A stretch of DNA of 62,352 nt, filler included, from Circinaria calcarea (Eukaryota): NCBI GenBank assembly GCA_051942165.1. It is 24 parts of 24 records of this genome, joined end to end, with 100 filler letters (N's around TTAATTAATTAA, not from the genome) between each part and the next. Parts side by side here need not be neighbours in the genome. Positions count along the whole stretch, not along the records: positions 10,470 to 12,979 come from JAVECS010003477.1; positions 13,080 to 15,589 come from JAVECS010003478.1; positions 15,690 to 18,198 come from JAVECS010003479.1; positions 18,299 to 20,805 come from JAVECS010003480.1; positions 20,906 to 23,410 come from JAVECS010003481.1; 19 more parts are not named here. One strand, 5' to 3'. Made by a program: the position numbers and the translations under genes. Each line of letters starts with the position of its first letter. Position 1 is the stretch's first letter. The notes under the pieces were generated by a model, which was not told where the DNA came from, did no database searches, and saw nothing but the letters and a program-made list of their open reading frames with translations. Below, in pieces: positions 11,625-23,510 of the stretch.

Positions 11625-12979
11625 TTAAATATCGCTGTTATCAGTTTCACTTGCAGTATCTAATGTAATGTGCCTATTACTCTCAGACTCAACCTCACTC
11701 TCAGTCTCTGATTTTAGTTCCGGGCTGTTGAGGCCGTGTTCCGTGTATGGTGTGACACCATCCCCATCCCCAGTGACAATACTCCGCTGTTCGGAAGATG
11801 GTGATGTCGGCGCATACTCAGGGCCGATTTCTTCAAAGTTGTGCTCTGGGTGCAGGATGTCTTTTGACCGGTAGCACTTATAACAAAGGTGAAAATCGCA
11901 GCTACTGCAATTATAATCAAATCCGACAATGGTCTAACACTTTTATTAGCCAAATCAAATAAGGAGAAGCACTGTCTGGCGCAGGTGCTAGCGGCCCTCC
12001 TATGCAAGCCACAAAGCACTGACCCTAATAAGAAAGTGAAGGTACTCACCATAAAACAGCTGTCGCAATACGTGCCCGATTTATAATCCGCCTTCTTTGA
12101 TATGTGAAACCCATCATCCCAAACATCCTCTTCTCCACTGGGCAGGATTCTCTTCTTTTCCTTCGGAACAAGAAGAGTGCAAACCTCGTCACTGGACCCA
12201 TAATATCTAGAAGCCTTAAGAGGCGACCATTCCCTGTCAATCCCCTTTCCTCTCACCCAGAGACTGGCCTCACGTTCAAGAAACTTCTCAATTAGTTCGG
12301 TCACTGAGAAATTGCCCTTTGCAAGCCACAGCAGCGGAGTCCAGCCATCAACATCGAGGACATCCACGGAGCCGTTCGCATCCAAGAGAGGATCAATCTC
12401 CTCGTTGAAGTTGTTGCCGGCGGCTGCGAAATGTAGAGGTGTCATCTTGAGCTTGGTTTCGGCAGCTGTTTCTGCTCCTGCCTCAATGAGCGGGCTAATC
12501 GAGTCAGTATTCTGAAACGCCGCCAGGTGAATGGCTCTTCGGCCTTGCCTGTCTTCTCTATTAGGGTCCGCTTCATTGTCAAGCAGATAGCGGACGATCT
12601 CGCCTCCGTGATTGAAGGCGGATCGGAGCAATGGATAGACAAGAAGGCGGTCGGACTTGGCATTAACATCGACCTTGGCCTCCTTTACCAGGTACTTCAC
12701 AATATCCAAGCGAGCGTCGTTCGTGTCTCCTGCGCAGGCAGAATAGAGAAGAGTTTCCTTATAGCTACTGGCGTCTGCTCGGTTGATGTCAGCGCCAGCG
12801 TCGATCAAGACCTTGAACATATTGTAGAACCCGTCGAGAGCTGCAACATGAAGCGGAGTGCCGAGCTCTGGCGCGTAAGCATTTGGATCAGCCCCTTTGG
12901 ACAGGAGATACTTTGCGAGTTCTTGATGGTCCGCAGATATAGCCTTGGTGAGTGGCGTGTAACCAGCCTTGTTAGAGGC
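11625..12979 (-). CDS. Ankyrin-repeat protein with C-terminal ZZ-type zinc finger (5'-partial); intron 11934-12049
   Basis: Multiple ANK repeats, then across a gtgagt...ctaat...tag intron YCDSCFM|TIVGFDYNCSSCDFHLCYKCYRSKDILHPEH, an acidic tail, and TAA at 11625-11627. Confidence 0.85.
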
Positions 12980-13079
12980 NNNNNNNNNNNNNNNNNNNNN
13001 NNNNNNNNNNNNNNNNNNNNNNNTTAATTAATTAANNNNNNNNNNNNNNNNNNNNNNNNNNNNNNNNNNNNNNNNNNNN

Positions 13080-15046
13080 AAGTTTGACGGAGTTGCTGGA
13101 GTTGGATTGAAGGGGGGGGAGATGTTTGGGAAGGAGGTAAGCTGCGGGGGAGCTGAAAGTGGAGGTGCGGCGTACTGCGATTGATACTGCGGATAGAGCT
13201 GCATATCTGTAAAAGGAGTATCGGGAGGGGAGGTGACTTGCGAAGAACCATCCTGAGTATTGTGAGAGAAGTTCTGGCTTTGGAGAATGGTCGGGCTGGA
13301 TTCGAAATGTATCGATGGTTTACCCAAAGATTGAGACTGGCTTTCGAGTTTCGATGGTGTATGAGGAGTAAGGGGGCCAGCATTGACACCTGTAGAGGTC
13401 TGGGAGGTATCTGTTGACTGGGCAGTGAACGCATCAACGCTATCGAATGCGCCCGCTTCGTGAAAAGTCTGGAAGTTTAGTGGAGACCTTTGACCGGCAC
13501 CGGATTTCTGAATTCGACCACTCATAACATTCAAGCTGTTACCCGTAGATCGAATTCGCCGGACGGAATGCGACGGACTGAGGGTCATGCATTTGGTAAC
13601 GGGCGATGCGTTCTGGGGTCCGGCACACGACTGACTCCTCATCGCTACTGTCCCTAGAGCAGCAGGCCGTTGTTTCTTTCTTCGAGCTGCCAGATTCAGG
13701 TTTGGAATTGATGGAGTCTTGAAGACCCCCTTCCCATTGCTTTGTTGTGATGACACCTTTTGCAGGTGGATGGTATCGAAATTACTAGCGAGGTCGGAGG
13801 AATCCGAACCTCGACGAGAGTGGACACTCTCCTGTGGGTGGTGTTGTGGTAATGAAGCGAATGGCGATCCATCTGGACTATGCTGGAAGATCTGCTGGTG
13901 GGTCGGTGTTTGGACTGGCTGATCTTGCATTGAAACGAAAGGTGATCCATCTGGACTTTGTCGTTTAATTTGCTGCTGGGTTAGGGCGATAGGCTGAGGG
14001 ATAGGTTGCGAATTATGGACAGCCATGGGATTTCTGTACAAGGTGTACGGGTCAATATCAGCGGTAAGTTGTTGTACGCCTTGGTCCTGTACATCTATAT
14101 CTTGCATGAAAGACGGGATTCCAGACTGCTGCAAAAGGAGGGGATTATCATCAAATGGATTATCGCATTGAGCAGCCGGGTCCCAAGCAGCGGAAGGAGC
14201 TTTACTGCCACCCCATTCCGAGAAGGTCGGGACCGGTCCATCGGCACCGTTGGATTGCACATTGTTCACGATAAACTGCTGTAGCCTTGTATCGTTTGAT
14301 GGCACCGCCTGAACGCCAGCCTCGTTGTTAGAAAATGGGTGTGCTAGCTGGGGAGCACCAGCGTTCTCGCGCATCCCAACCCAACCCGGATAAGAGCGTT
14401 GAGTATGCAACTCATACGGGGAGGTTGTTTCGGGCGTGGAGTCATAGGAGGTGAAATCCGCCTGTTCCATCGACGGTTGGATTGGCGTAGACAAGAGCTC
14501 GGACGAGCGATATGCCGAAGGGGGGAAGCCAGGCGAGATCATATCTCCATACGTCCAGATACCTACAGGATTGTGATGGAAATGCATGACTTCTAGGATT
14601 TCTTGCTTCTTCAGATGCTTGGCTTTGGCTCTTCTGTTCTGATACCAGTTCTAGGATCGACGTCAGTAAGCTTCCAAGACGGTAACGTCATTCTCCGCAG
14701 TGGATTGATCACTAACGTTGACCTTGTCAAGAGGCAGTCCGACTTGCGCGGCCAACTGCTTCTTAACCTCCGTAATGGGTTTCGACTCTCTCTGGAAATG
14801 TTCCTCCAGGACGTTGGTCTGCTCCGTCGTCAGCCGAGGCCGACTGGACGCGTCGACCTCGTCCTCTTTTTGGCCGGCAAGGTCGCGGTCATCATTTGGC
14901 TGCATTGATTGAGCGACCAGAGGGCCGAGCGGGCTCGAGTCGTAATGCTGGTGAGGAAGCATTGGCGGTTCCGACGAGAAATTATACGGGGAGAAATCAA
15001 AAGCCTGGGGGCTGTCGTCTTGACGATAATACTGGGCGAACTCCAT
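13080..15046 (-). CDS. hbxA: Homeobox transcription factor, HbxA/Hbx1/Htf1-like (3'-partial); intron 14651-14716
   Basis: Spliced homeodomain RPRLTTEQTNVLEEHFQRESKPITEVKKQLAAQVGLPLDKVN|NWYQNRRAKAK. Downstream blocks SRRGS, LAARRKKQRPAALG and VRRIRSTG...GRIQK...QRSPLN are typical of this ascomycete family. Confidence 0.8.
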
Positions 15047-15689
15047 CACTCCTGCTCCTGTACCATTCCTGACAAGGCCGAATTAATTGAAATCCACCGA
15101 AGATGATGACAAGGCAGTGGTAGCCCTATATTCGAGCTTTGTTTCTTTTCTCTTTTTTTTCAATTTCTCGCTAACAGGCGTGATGGTCGGCAGAGCTGAT
15201 ATTAGCTGGTGGGAAGATGCTTGGGGATTAATACGACCGACTCTGAACGAGAGTGGTATACGTGCGGATCGGTCAACGAGCGAGCTTGCCGCTGGAGAAC
15301 GTCGGATCAAACGAGGGTAAGGTGCGAGTCAAGAAGCAATGACTAGAGGTGAGGAGAAAGCCGGCCGGGAGCACGATGAAGTTAGCAGGAGATTTTAGCA
15401 CATGTTGAAGAGGGCACGACTACGAATGCAGGACGAGGTCGACGACGGGATTTAGTTGGATTGGGTTGTGACGCCTGCCCTGCTCCCTGCACCCTGCTCG
15501 ACGCCTACCACTACGGGAGCTGGAGGCCAGGGGAGGGACGCTCATGCCGGTAAAGTATAAAAAACTAAGGTCGGTCGGGGGTCGGGGGTNNNNNNNNNNN
15601 NNNNNNNNNNNNNNNNNNNNNNNNNNNNNNNNNTTAATTAATTAANNNNNNNNNNNNNNNNNNNNNNNNNNNNNNNNNNNNNNNNNNNN

Positions 15690-17369
15690 GTTCCGCCGGT
15701 CAAGTTCAAACAAGGTTGCCGCAATGCAAGCCAGCCCGTTCAACCTCGCGATGAATGGGTCTGCACCGAATGCCGCGACCCAAAACCCACTCATCCCTTT
15801 TCCTCGCAAGACTTCCCAATCTCGCTCGACCAACCACTCGCCTTCGACGACGGCATCAAACAGCCCACCCTCACCCGGATCACCGTCCAGCACAATCAAC
15901 GGCGCGGGTGAAACTCAGTGGGACCCGTCGACGGAAATATTACAAAGGCATGCCAGAGCGTTGACTGGCCTACAAGACAACAACCACATTCAATTTTCCA
16001 CGACCTGGCCGGAACGACCTCACATGCAAAAGCGGTCGACAAGCGTCAACAACTTTAATCAAATGCCCAATAAGCATCGGGGCGATTACATCACGAGGCC
16101 TGCCGAGACTGGCGTTGGCCTCAAGGCGCGGCGGCTGAGCATCAGTCTTCCGGATGATTTTATCGTGGAGACGATTGAACTCGACAAGGAGTTTACAAAG
16201 GCCAGCAAGATGCCTGGAAAGAAAGGGAAGCTGTTGGGAGGCGGTGCTACATCCACCGTCCGGCTCATGAACCGCAGAGGTCATGGAGAGGAGGTTTATG
16301 CCGTCAAGGAGTTTCGGAAAAAGGGTCAAACCGAGGATGCCGAAGAATACGACAAAAAGGTCAAGTCGGAGTATACCATTGCCAAAAGTCTCCATCATCC
16401 GAACATTGTGGAAAGTGTCATGTTATGCACACATGCCGGTCGATGGAACGTGGTGATGGAGTTTTGCCCGTACGGAGAGCTGTACACGCTGATCAAGCAA
16501 AAGTATCTTACCCTGGACGACAAGCTGTGTTTGTGGAAACAGTTGCTCAAAGGTGTTGCTTACTTGCACAATCACGGTATCGCTCATCGAGATATCAAGC
16601 TGGAGAATCTTCTCATGTCCCAGGACGGTCATCTCAAGATTACCGACTTTGGAGTGTCGGAGGTCTTTTGCGGCGAGCATCCGGGTGTACGGAATGCCGG
16701 GGGTCAGTGTGGGAGAAACATGAAAGAGCGTCGACGGTGTGCACCCGGTATCTGTGGTAGTCTTCCGTACATTGCGCCGGAAGTTATTGCAAAGCAAGGT
16801 GAGTCTGGTGTTTCTGTGTGTGTCTCCCAGACCCGTCTGAACTTGATTTAGGTGATTATGATCCGGCCCCGCTTGACATATGGTCATGCGGCATGGTATG
16901 GATAACCATGTATTTTGGTGGTCAGCCATGGAAGGAAGCCGCTCCGACGCAGCCAATGTATGCCAAGTACACGGCTGCCTGGGATAAATTCTTGCAAACA
17001 CATCCCGACGGTGAAATCAAGGATTGCGAGTATCCGGTCAATGCAGGTCCGCTGTTTTCGGCAATCGACAAGCCGGCGTTGAAACTGCTGATATTCAAAA
17101 TGTTAAATCCGGATCCGGTGAAGCGAATCAAGATTCAAGACGTGATTGGGAATCGATGGTTGAAGACGGTGGATTGTTGTGTCAGTGACGAAGATGAGAT
17201 GTTGGGGTGTAAGAGTCCAAACGGGCAACCTGCCGTCATTGATGCCAGTAAATGTTCGAGTGTGAAGAAGTTGGCGGTGAAGAAGGTTCACCATCACCAG
17301 CCGCCACCTAAACAGAGCAAGATTCATTTACCGCAACATCGATTCGACATGGGTGATGGTTGGACATGA
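15690..17369 (+). CDS. Ser/Thr protein kinase, HAL/NPR family (Ptk2-like; probably 5'-partial); intron 16799-16851
   Basis: LGGGATSTV, YAVKEF, SEYTIAKSLHHPNIV, HRDIKLENLL, DFG, GICGSLPYIAPE, then G|DYDPAPLDIWSCG after the intron. Confidence 0.9.
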
Positions 17370-18298
17370 CTCCTTTGTTGTTGCCGATGACCTTGAAACC
17401 TCGGTTGATGTGGTGGTTGGTGGTTGTTGGTCATTCGGGGTGGGAAGGGAGGATTTTTACAAAGCATTTGCATATACCGTCTGTGTTCACCATGACGGGG
17501 AAGGTGTATATGTTTCTCCCTATTTTTCTACCAAACACACACTACGAGAATCGGTTTCCTGCATCGACTCTGTACATATGACGTTTATTCTTTTCCGTAT
17601 CGACCTGGCATCCGGCCTTGTTTTTGTCGAGCGTTTGTGACTGAGACTGAGAATGAAATCGGTGGGGCTGGTCTGGGCTGGGCGGGCTGTTTGTGATTTC
17701 TGATGCATTGCTAGCTCTTTTCCGCGGCCAGGGGCCAGGGAACTGATGACTGAAGACTCGGGGCTGGATTAATGACCCCTGAATCTCGGCTAGAAAGAGA
17801 TGAGAAAGACACGAACGAATACGAAACAACTTTCTATCGGAGTCACTTTTTTAATAAATGGGAATTGGAAGCGGGGGGAGGGGATGGCAATCGGAGGGTT
17901 TCGAATAGAACTTTTTTATATTTTTAATACAACAGTTTTTTCCCCCAACCATTACTCCTTACAGGGGTGCGGAAAAAGAAAGTTATGGGGCTTTCCCGAG
18001 GTTTAATTTACTACCGAACATGTGATTTGTTTTGGAGTGGGAATTAGATTTCAACCGACAGTCGACTCCAGTAAATAGTTCAACCCCATGAAAATTAATT
18101 TCCAACCCAAACCCCCCCTCCCCTTTTTTCCCCTTTCACTTTCACTTTTCCTCCCTTTGTCAGCAAAAAGCGCCAGGGGGGGCGCAAAACAAGGAAGGNN
18201 NNNNNNNNNNNNNNNNNNNNNNNNNNNNNNNNNNNNNNNNNNTTAATTAATTAANNNNNNNNNNNNNNNNNNNNNNNNNNNNNNNNNNNNNNNNNNNN

Positions 18299-18952
18299 GT
18301 AGACGTAACCTTGGGAATGGGGCTCGGTCTGCTCACGACGGAGATTTTCGAGATCGATTTCGATAGCTGGAGAGGCAGGTACAGCTACCGATAAAACTGT
18401 TGGTATAGCTGAAGGGCCAGGTGCAGCTGCCGATAAAGCCGTTGTTGTAACTGCTGCTTGGTGTTCCTCGCCATCAATTAGGTCTTCGAAGAGGGGAAAG
18501 GACTGGTGTTCTGCTGTGACACTGCGGAGGGTCGAGATGTAATGGGGTTGAGGAATTGGTAGCTGGCGAACCTTATCTTGAAATGCAGCATCAAGAGCAA
18601 CTGGCTGCCATTCGAACCAGTGATCGAACCCCTGCTGGAGACGAGCCATCACGTCCGCTGGAATAGGAAGGTTTCCATTTCCTACCGGGCCTTGTCCTAA
18701 ATGACGCCTGCCAATACCCACTTGAACAAAATGACCTGGTCCACCATAACTGTTGCAGAGGAACCAGATGTACGCTGTGACTCGAGGATTCTCAATATCC
18801 GCCTCGAACTTCGCGCGGACGTTGACCTGGTTCATGCCTGTTGGAAGACCCCAGAGGTGCTGAGGAGAGAGATAGTGCCAGTGGTTTAGCTGGCTGGCGT
18901 TTGTTGCGATCCCTTCATTTCCCACTCTCACTATGTAATGAGCTCTCGCCAT
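18299..18952 (-). CDS. Hypothetical protein (3'-partial)
   Basis: ORF of about 218 aa from the ATG at 18952 (MARAHYIVRVGNEG...) to the contig edge, with a globular-looking N-terminal region and a low-complexity linker. Confidence 0.6.
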
Positions 18953-19326
18953 GTTCGTGTGCAAGATTACAGACAGATATGCCTTGCAATATTCTGGTAA
19001 TTGAATCTTAAGGGCATCTCTAAGCCAATATATCATCAAGTTAATGGGGTATCCGCAACAGAAGTTCGCCTCCTATACTGCCTAGAAGGCTCCATATGCC
19101 TCAAGGTACACAGTCAGTGGCGTCGCAATGCAACGGCAAAGCAGCGCTTAACCCGATTTTCATCGAGGGTGAGGTGGGGGTAGATTACTACCATGGTATG
19201 AAGAAGGAAAGAAAAGATATCCTAATTACAGTTCGCAACGTTTTACAGGATCTTTAACAAGAATTGCTTATTACAAAATATGATTTAATAGATAGCCGTA
19301 AGGCAGCAAAATCATCTAGAACCTCC

Positions 19327-20337
19327 TTATGGAAAGATGGCCACAAACTTCTGCCAGACCGCCACCGAATCGCATGATAAATACTTTTGTAGTGATTTTA
19401 GCCCTGAATCAGGCGTCGAGAAGCCCCCGGGAGTTAGAGTCGGTCGCTGCGCAAGCATCATAACTGCAAAAGCAGGCGCAGCGAGGAAAATACCCGCGAA
19501 TGCCCCCATAAGTACGTCCGCAATGATGCCCAAGCCCTTGATCCCACCGTCTTGTATTGGAAGAACCGTAAAGCTAGCGGCAGTCCATATGAGCAAGAAG
19601 ACGCAGTAAATCATGACGCCATACCAAGCCAGACTTGTATCGACGGCGCCTTTGATGAGCAGTGCTGCGCACATGATGCCCATACCGAAAGCGCTGCCCG
19701 CATTGACAATGTTGAATGCGACATAGGCTGGTGAGCCACCGTACTTCATGTCCCTCAACTTGGACGCATACCGCCTTTTTGTATCCGTTACGAGCGACAA
19801 TGCAGAAATCGAGATTCCGAGCCCTCGAACAAGCTTCAAGGGCCCAGAAGCGGCTGTCCAGTTCTCTGCGAGCCAAAGAATCTGCACAATCGGACTGTAG
19901 ACAGCCGTGTATAGCCAGCCGATCCAGCCAAGGACCGTCACGTCCTCAATCAAACAGCTATTTCTAAAATTGACTAATAAGCCAAGCTGGAATCTCTGAA
20001 TTTTTGGCAGCCGGGCTTTCGTGGCGTCTTGCGGTTCCCCGTGTGCAACTCCTTGGGATCCGTGCGAAATCGAACGCTGTTGCTGTAGTTCAACTTGGTC
20101 GGTATGCAGAGGTGTCGAGTCTTGCTCCAGCCTAGTGTAGCTGGACGAAAAAGCTTGGTACAGGCTGAAAAATGCACCGATCAACACGCGCAGTACGGCT
20201 AACCAAGAAATCCAACCATTCAAGAAAGCAACCAAAGCACCACTGGTTGCACCGGTGATGACGGAGCCAACGAAAGCGGTCAGGATGGTGCTGAAGGCGC
20301 GAGCTTGCGGAGTAAGTTCGCAGGTTGCTTGGGACAT
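19327..20337 (-). CDS. Intronless multi-pass membrane protein of unknown function
   Basis: Complete ORF of about 336 aa from the ATG at 20337 (the ORF-track start at 20388 is non-ATG), with about 7-8 hydrophobic segments. Confidence 0.8.
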   Translation of the reverse strand: MSQATCELTPQARAFSTILTAFVGSVITGATSGALVAFLNGWISWLAVLRVLIGAFFSLYQAFSSSYTRLEQDSTPLHTDQVELQQQRSISHGSQGVAHGEPQDATKARLPKIQRFQLGLLVNFRNSCLIEDVTVLGWIGWLYTAVYSPIVQILWLAENWTAASGPLKLVRGLGISISALSLVTDTKRRYASKLRDMKYGGSPAYVAFNIVNAGSAFGMGIMCAALLIKGAVDTSLAWYGVMIYCVFLLIWTAASFTVLPIQDGGIKGLGIIADVLMGAFAGIFLAAPAFAVMMLAQRPTLTPGGFSTPDSGLKSLQKYLSCDSVAVWQKFVAIFP

Positions 20338-20905
20338 GTCTATGGCAAAGTACTCGATGCAGGGGGAATACCAACTGAAGGCAACCAACAGAACTGGCGA
20401 GATCGATTTATAAGAAGTGACGAGCAGGAACGCAAATCACTAGACTAGGGGAAGCGGAGAGGATGACTACTCTCAGCCGCAGTGGATTCCAAGTCATGCT
20501 CACCGTGTGCCTTACATAACCGCCTGAGTGATGGAAGAAACGAACGAGAAAAAGATACATCTGGGGGCGAAAATGTCGGCGCTTTTTGAGGATCTAGTCC
20601 TTTTCTTTTTTTTTTCTTTTTTTTTTGCTGTCTCCGCAAGGGTTTGGCGGAGGGGCTAGCTAGGATAGCCGTACCATAGTAATTTGCTAGTAAATACTTA
20701 TCTTTATTTACGCGTATCCCGAGTTTTCGTAGGGAATTTCGAGTACTACTTTCGAATAAGTAATTCTCTCTCTTGGAGTTACTACACTGCCCCAATGCAT
20801 GAAATNNNNNNNNNNNNNNNNNNNNNNNNNNNNNNNNNNNNNNNNNNNNTTAATTAATTAANNNNNNNNNNNNNNNNNNNNNNNNNNNNNNNNNNNNNNN
20901 NNNNN

Positions 20906-21269
20906 CCGCTTTGCAGTGTTGATAGCCGGGCGAGGGCCCTTGGTCTCGCTAGACCCCCGGCTTGTCTTGAGCCCGGCATTGGCCGATGCGTCGCAGATCA
21001 CCCTGGGCTTCTCGAATTTTCCTGACCAGAGGAATCAGGAGAAGCAGGATCACATCCTGCGTCTGCCGACCATCCATGTCCATGGCAAGCGGGATCATGG
21101 CCTGGACCTGCACAGGCAACTGCTGGAGCAGTATTGCGAGAAAGGGAGCACGAAGCTGGTCGAGTGGGACGGCGATCATAGGGTGCCGTTTAAGAGGGAG
21201 GATGTTGTATCTGTCGTCGATCAGATAGTTGACGTTGCGAGTGCGACGGGCGTATTGAAGGAACGGTGA
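20906..21269 (+). CDS. FSH1/LovG-family serine hydrolase (CtnB/AzaC/AfoC-like esterase), C-terminal part
   Basis: RFAVLIAGRGPLVSL...LRLPTIHVHGKRD...LVEWDGDHRVP supplies the catalytic Asp and His motifs of this family. Confidence 0.85.
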
Positions 21270-22323
21270 GCTGCGATAGGGTGGGTGGCTGCTTAAGAAG
21301 CTAGATGGGGTTAGGCTAGATTTAGAATACACGCCATAGCGGGAGGATTATAGGATAGAAGGTTAGAAAACTTGATATTATTCGTTGTTTAACCTTCAGT
21401 GAAATCTATGTCAGCAGACTTTTCTCCATGTTGTTTGTACTCTGTAAGCTACCCGGTAATTCTTGGAGCTTTGAATCCTGCCGTCTGCCCGCAGAGCGCC
21501 AGCTCAGATCACCACCACACGTCATGAGAGTCGCCCTTTCGGTGTCACCACTGTAGGTATTCATTTCTGGGAACACCGGCCATGTTGCCCGGTCACTTCT
21601 TTATATCCCTACCTGCTTAATCAGTGGAGAAAATAACAAGACTCTGAATGCCCTCCGTATCGATTTGCCTTAAATAGCATTGTTAAATATGCACAGTAGG
21701 ACACCTTTTTTATGGTATTCCGACACGCCTTGTTAGCACGCACCGTCAGTCAGTCTCTTACCTCGTTGTTTAATACCTTGGAACCCCTTTCGTTTATTAG
21801 CCAGGTACTCGCAGTTTATTGAACCCGTCTAAAGAAAATATTCCGCCAAAAGTAAGGGCAGGAGACGTGAGAAAATAGGCACCTCTAATCTGAGGTTCCA
21901 AGATCTACCCAGGGTTAAAAAGTCTGTCGCTCGCGCAGAGTCTGTACCCTTTTGCTTTGCTATAGCTTCATACAGACACAGTATAAGTAAAAGCTACAAG
22001 CTATAAGCTATAGGCGAGGGGGGATGGGTAATGTGGATAAACCAGACGACAACGTTAATTTCCAGGAGGCTGCTACAGAACTAAGAACACGACATGAAAA
22101 TCGCTTATTAAACCCCGTATCTGAAGGGGGAGTCGTCGCTTAAGCTCCGGGGGTGTTTGGCCGGTAATTTACCGATCCGGGTGTTACCCGAAACCAGAAT
22201 TTATAATTAAGCGTACTTTTCTGCTTTGGACCTATACCTTCTATTGATAGAGGCTACGGCTGGCTTAGGGCTAATACGCCTAGAATTTATTATACACCGG
22301 AGGGAAATTTAATCACCGGACGA

Positions 22324-22581
22324 CCCCCCGGAAAGCTTGGTGAGAATCCCCCCCCCCGGGGAAGCTTGGTGGCCCCGCCAGGAATGCTTGGTGAGAACCC
22401 CCCTAGGAAAGCTTGTTAACCTCCCGGGGAAAGCTTGGTGAAAACCCCCTGGAAAGCTTGGTGACCCCCGGGAAAGCTTGGTGAGACCGCCCCGAAAAAC
22501 ATGGTGACCTTCCCCCAGAAAGCTTGGTGAGCCCCCCGGGAAAGCTTGGTAAGACCAGCCCGGAAAGCTTGGTGACCCCCC
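22324..22581. repeat. Imperfect tandem array, about 11 units of 20-26 bp, consensus c(5-7)ggaaagcttggtga(ga)
   Basis: The gaaagcttggtga core recurs, separated by C-runs. Long (…gaga/gaaaa) and short (…ga) units roughly alternate. Confidence 0.9.
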
Positions 22582-22878
22582 AAAGTTTATGTCAACATCA
22601 AGGTCACTAATGGGGTTATTATCGGAGTGACTTTATACGATAACCGTCTACGACAGCCATTTCCCACCAAACACTTTCCATTATAACGCCCTTCGAGGAG
22701 AGGAGGTTGCTGTTATTTGAAAGAGTTCTTGATGCCACATATTTAGGGGTAGAATATGACATCGCGATTTCCGTTATAAAATCAAAAATCATCCTCTTTT
22801 CTTCAAAGGTTGAGAAAGAGGGCAGGCCGGCTTCAAATTATTGCAATTCACCGTTTAAGGTACGGCAGCCCTCTGCGG

Positions 22879-23410
22879 CTACAGCTTTCCTTCGGCCTTC
22901 CCTGGCAGCAAGCGCACCACGACGGCGACTCCGAGCGCGAGCAGCAGCAAGACGATCCACACAAGATATCCGCCAAATAACTGGGTTCTAATTCCCGTCG
23001 CGAAGATACTTGAGAATGTTGCTGGTGCTACCATCCTTACACCGCTGTTGAGAGTGAGAGCGAGAGCATTGATAGTTCCGATCGACGATGCTGACGGTGT
23101 AATATCATTCACAGCTAATTGTGCCGCAGCTAGAGGCGCAAGCAGCCACGATGAGCAAAGAACAACGTGATTGGAGAGGACCACTTACTAAAGGCCATGC
23201 TTACGCTGCTTCCCAAAACGAGAGAAGTAGGTGCGATGATCCAGAAAGCCGCTTTCCAATCATTCCTCAGCAAAATATTACATATTGGATTGACGATAAA
23301 TGTAAACGGCCAGACTATGGAGCAGGCCCGCAAAAGGCCTTTGGTGCCAAGTCTCTTCTGAAGCGGAGGGAAAGCGAAGAGAAGCCAGAGCGCCTGACAC
23401 AGGCCCACGG
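22879..23410 (-). CDS. MFS transporter, C-terminal part (efflux pump type); intron 23130-23188
   Basis: GLCQALWLLFAFPPLQKRLGTKG...SVSMAF|TAAQLAVNDITPSASSIGTINALALTLNSGVRMVAPATFSSIFA...GGYLVW gives the last MFS helices. Confidence 0.85.
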
Positions 23411-23510
23411 NNNNNNNNNNNNNNNNNNNNNNNNNNNNNNNNNNNNNNNNNNNNTTAATTAATTAANNNNNNNNNNNNNNNNNNNNNNNNNNNNNNNNNN
23501 NNNNNNNNNN

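Noticed and set aside
22324..22581. CRISPR-like array
   Set aside because: There are no unique spacers, only C-runs between degenerate units; the context is eukaryotic and there are no cas genes.
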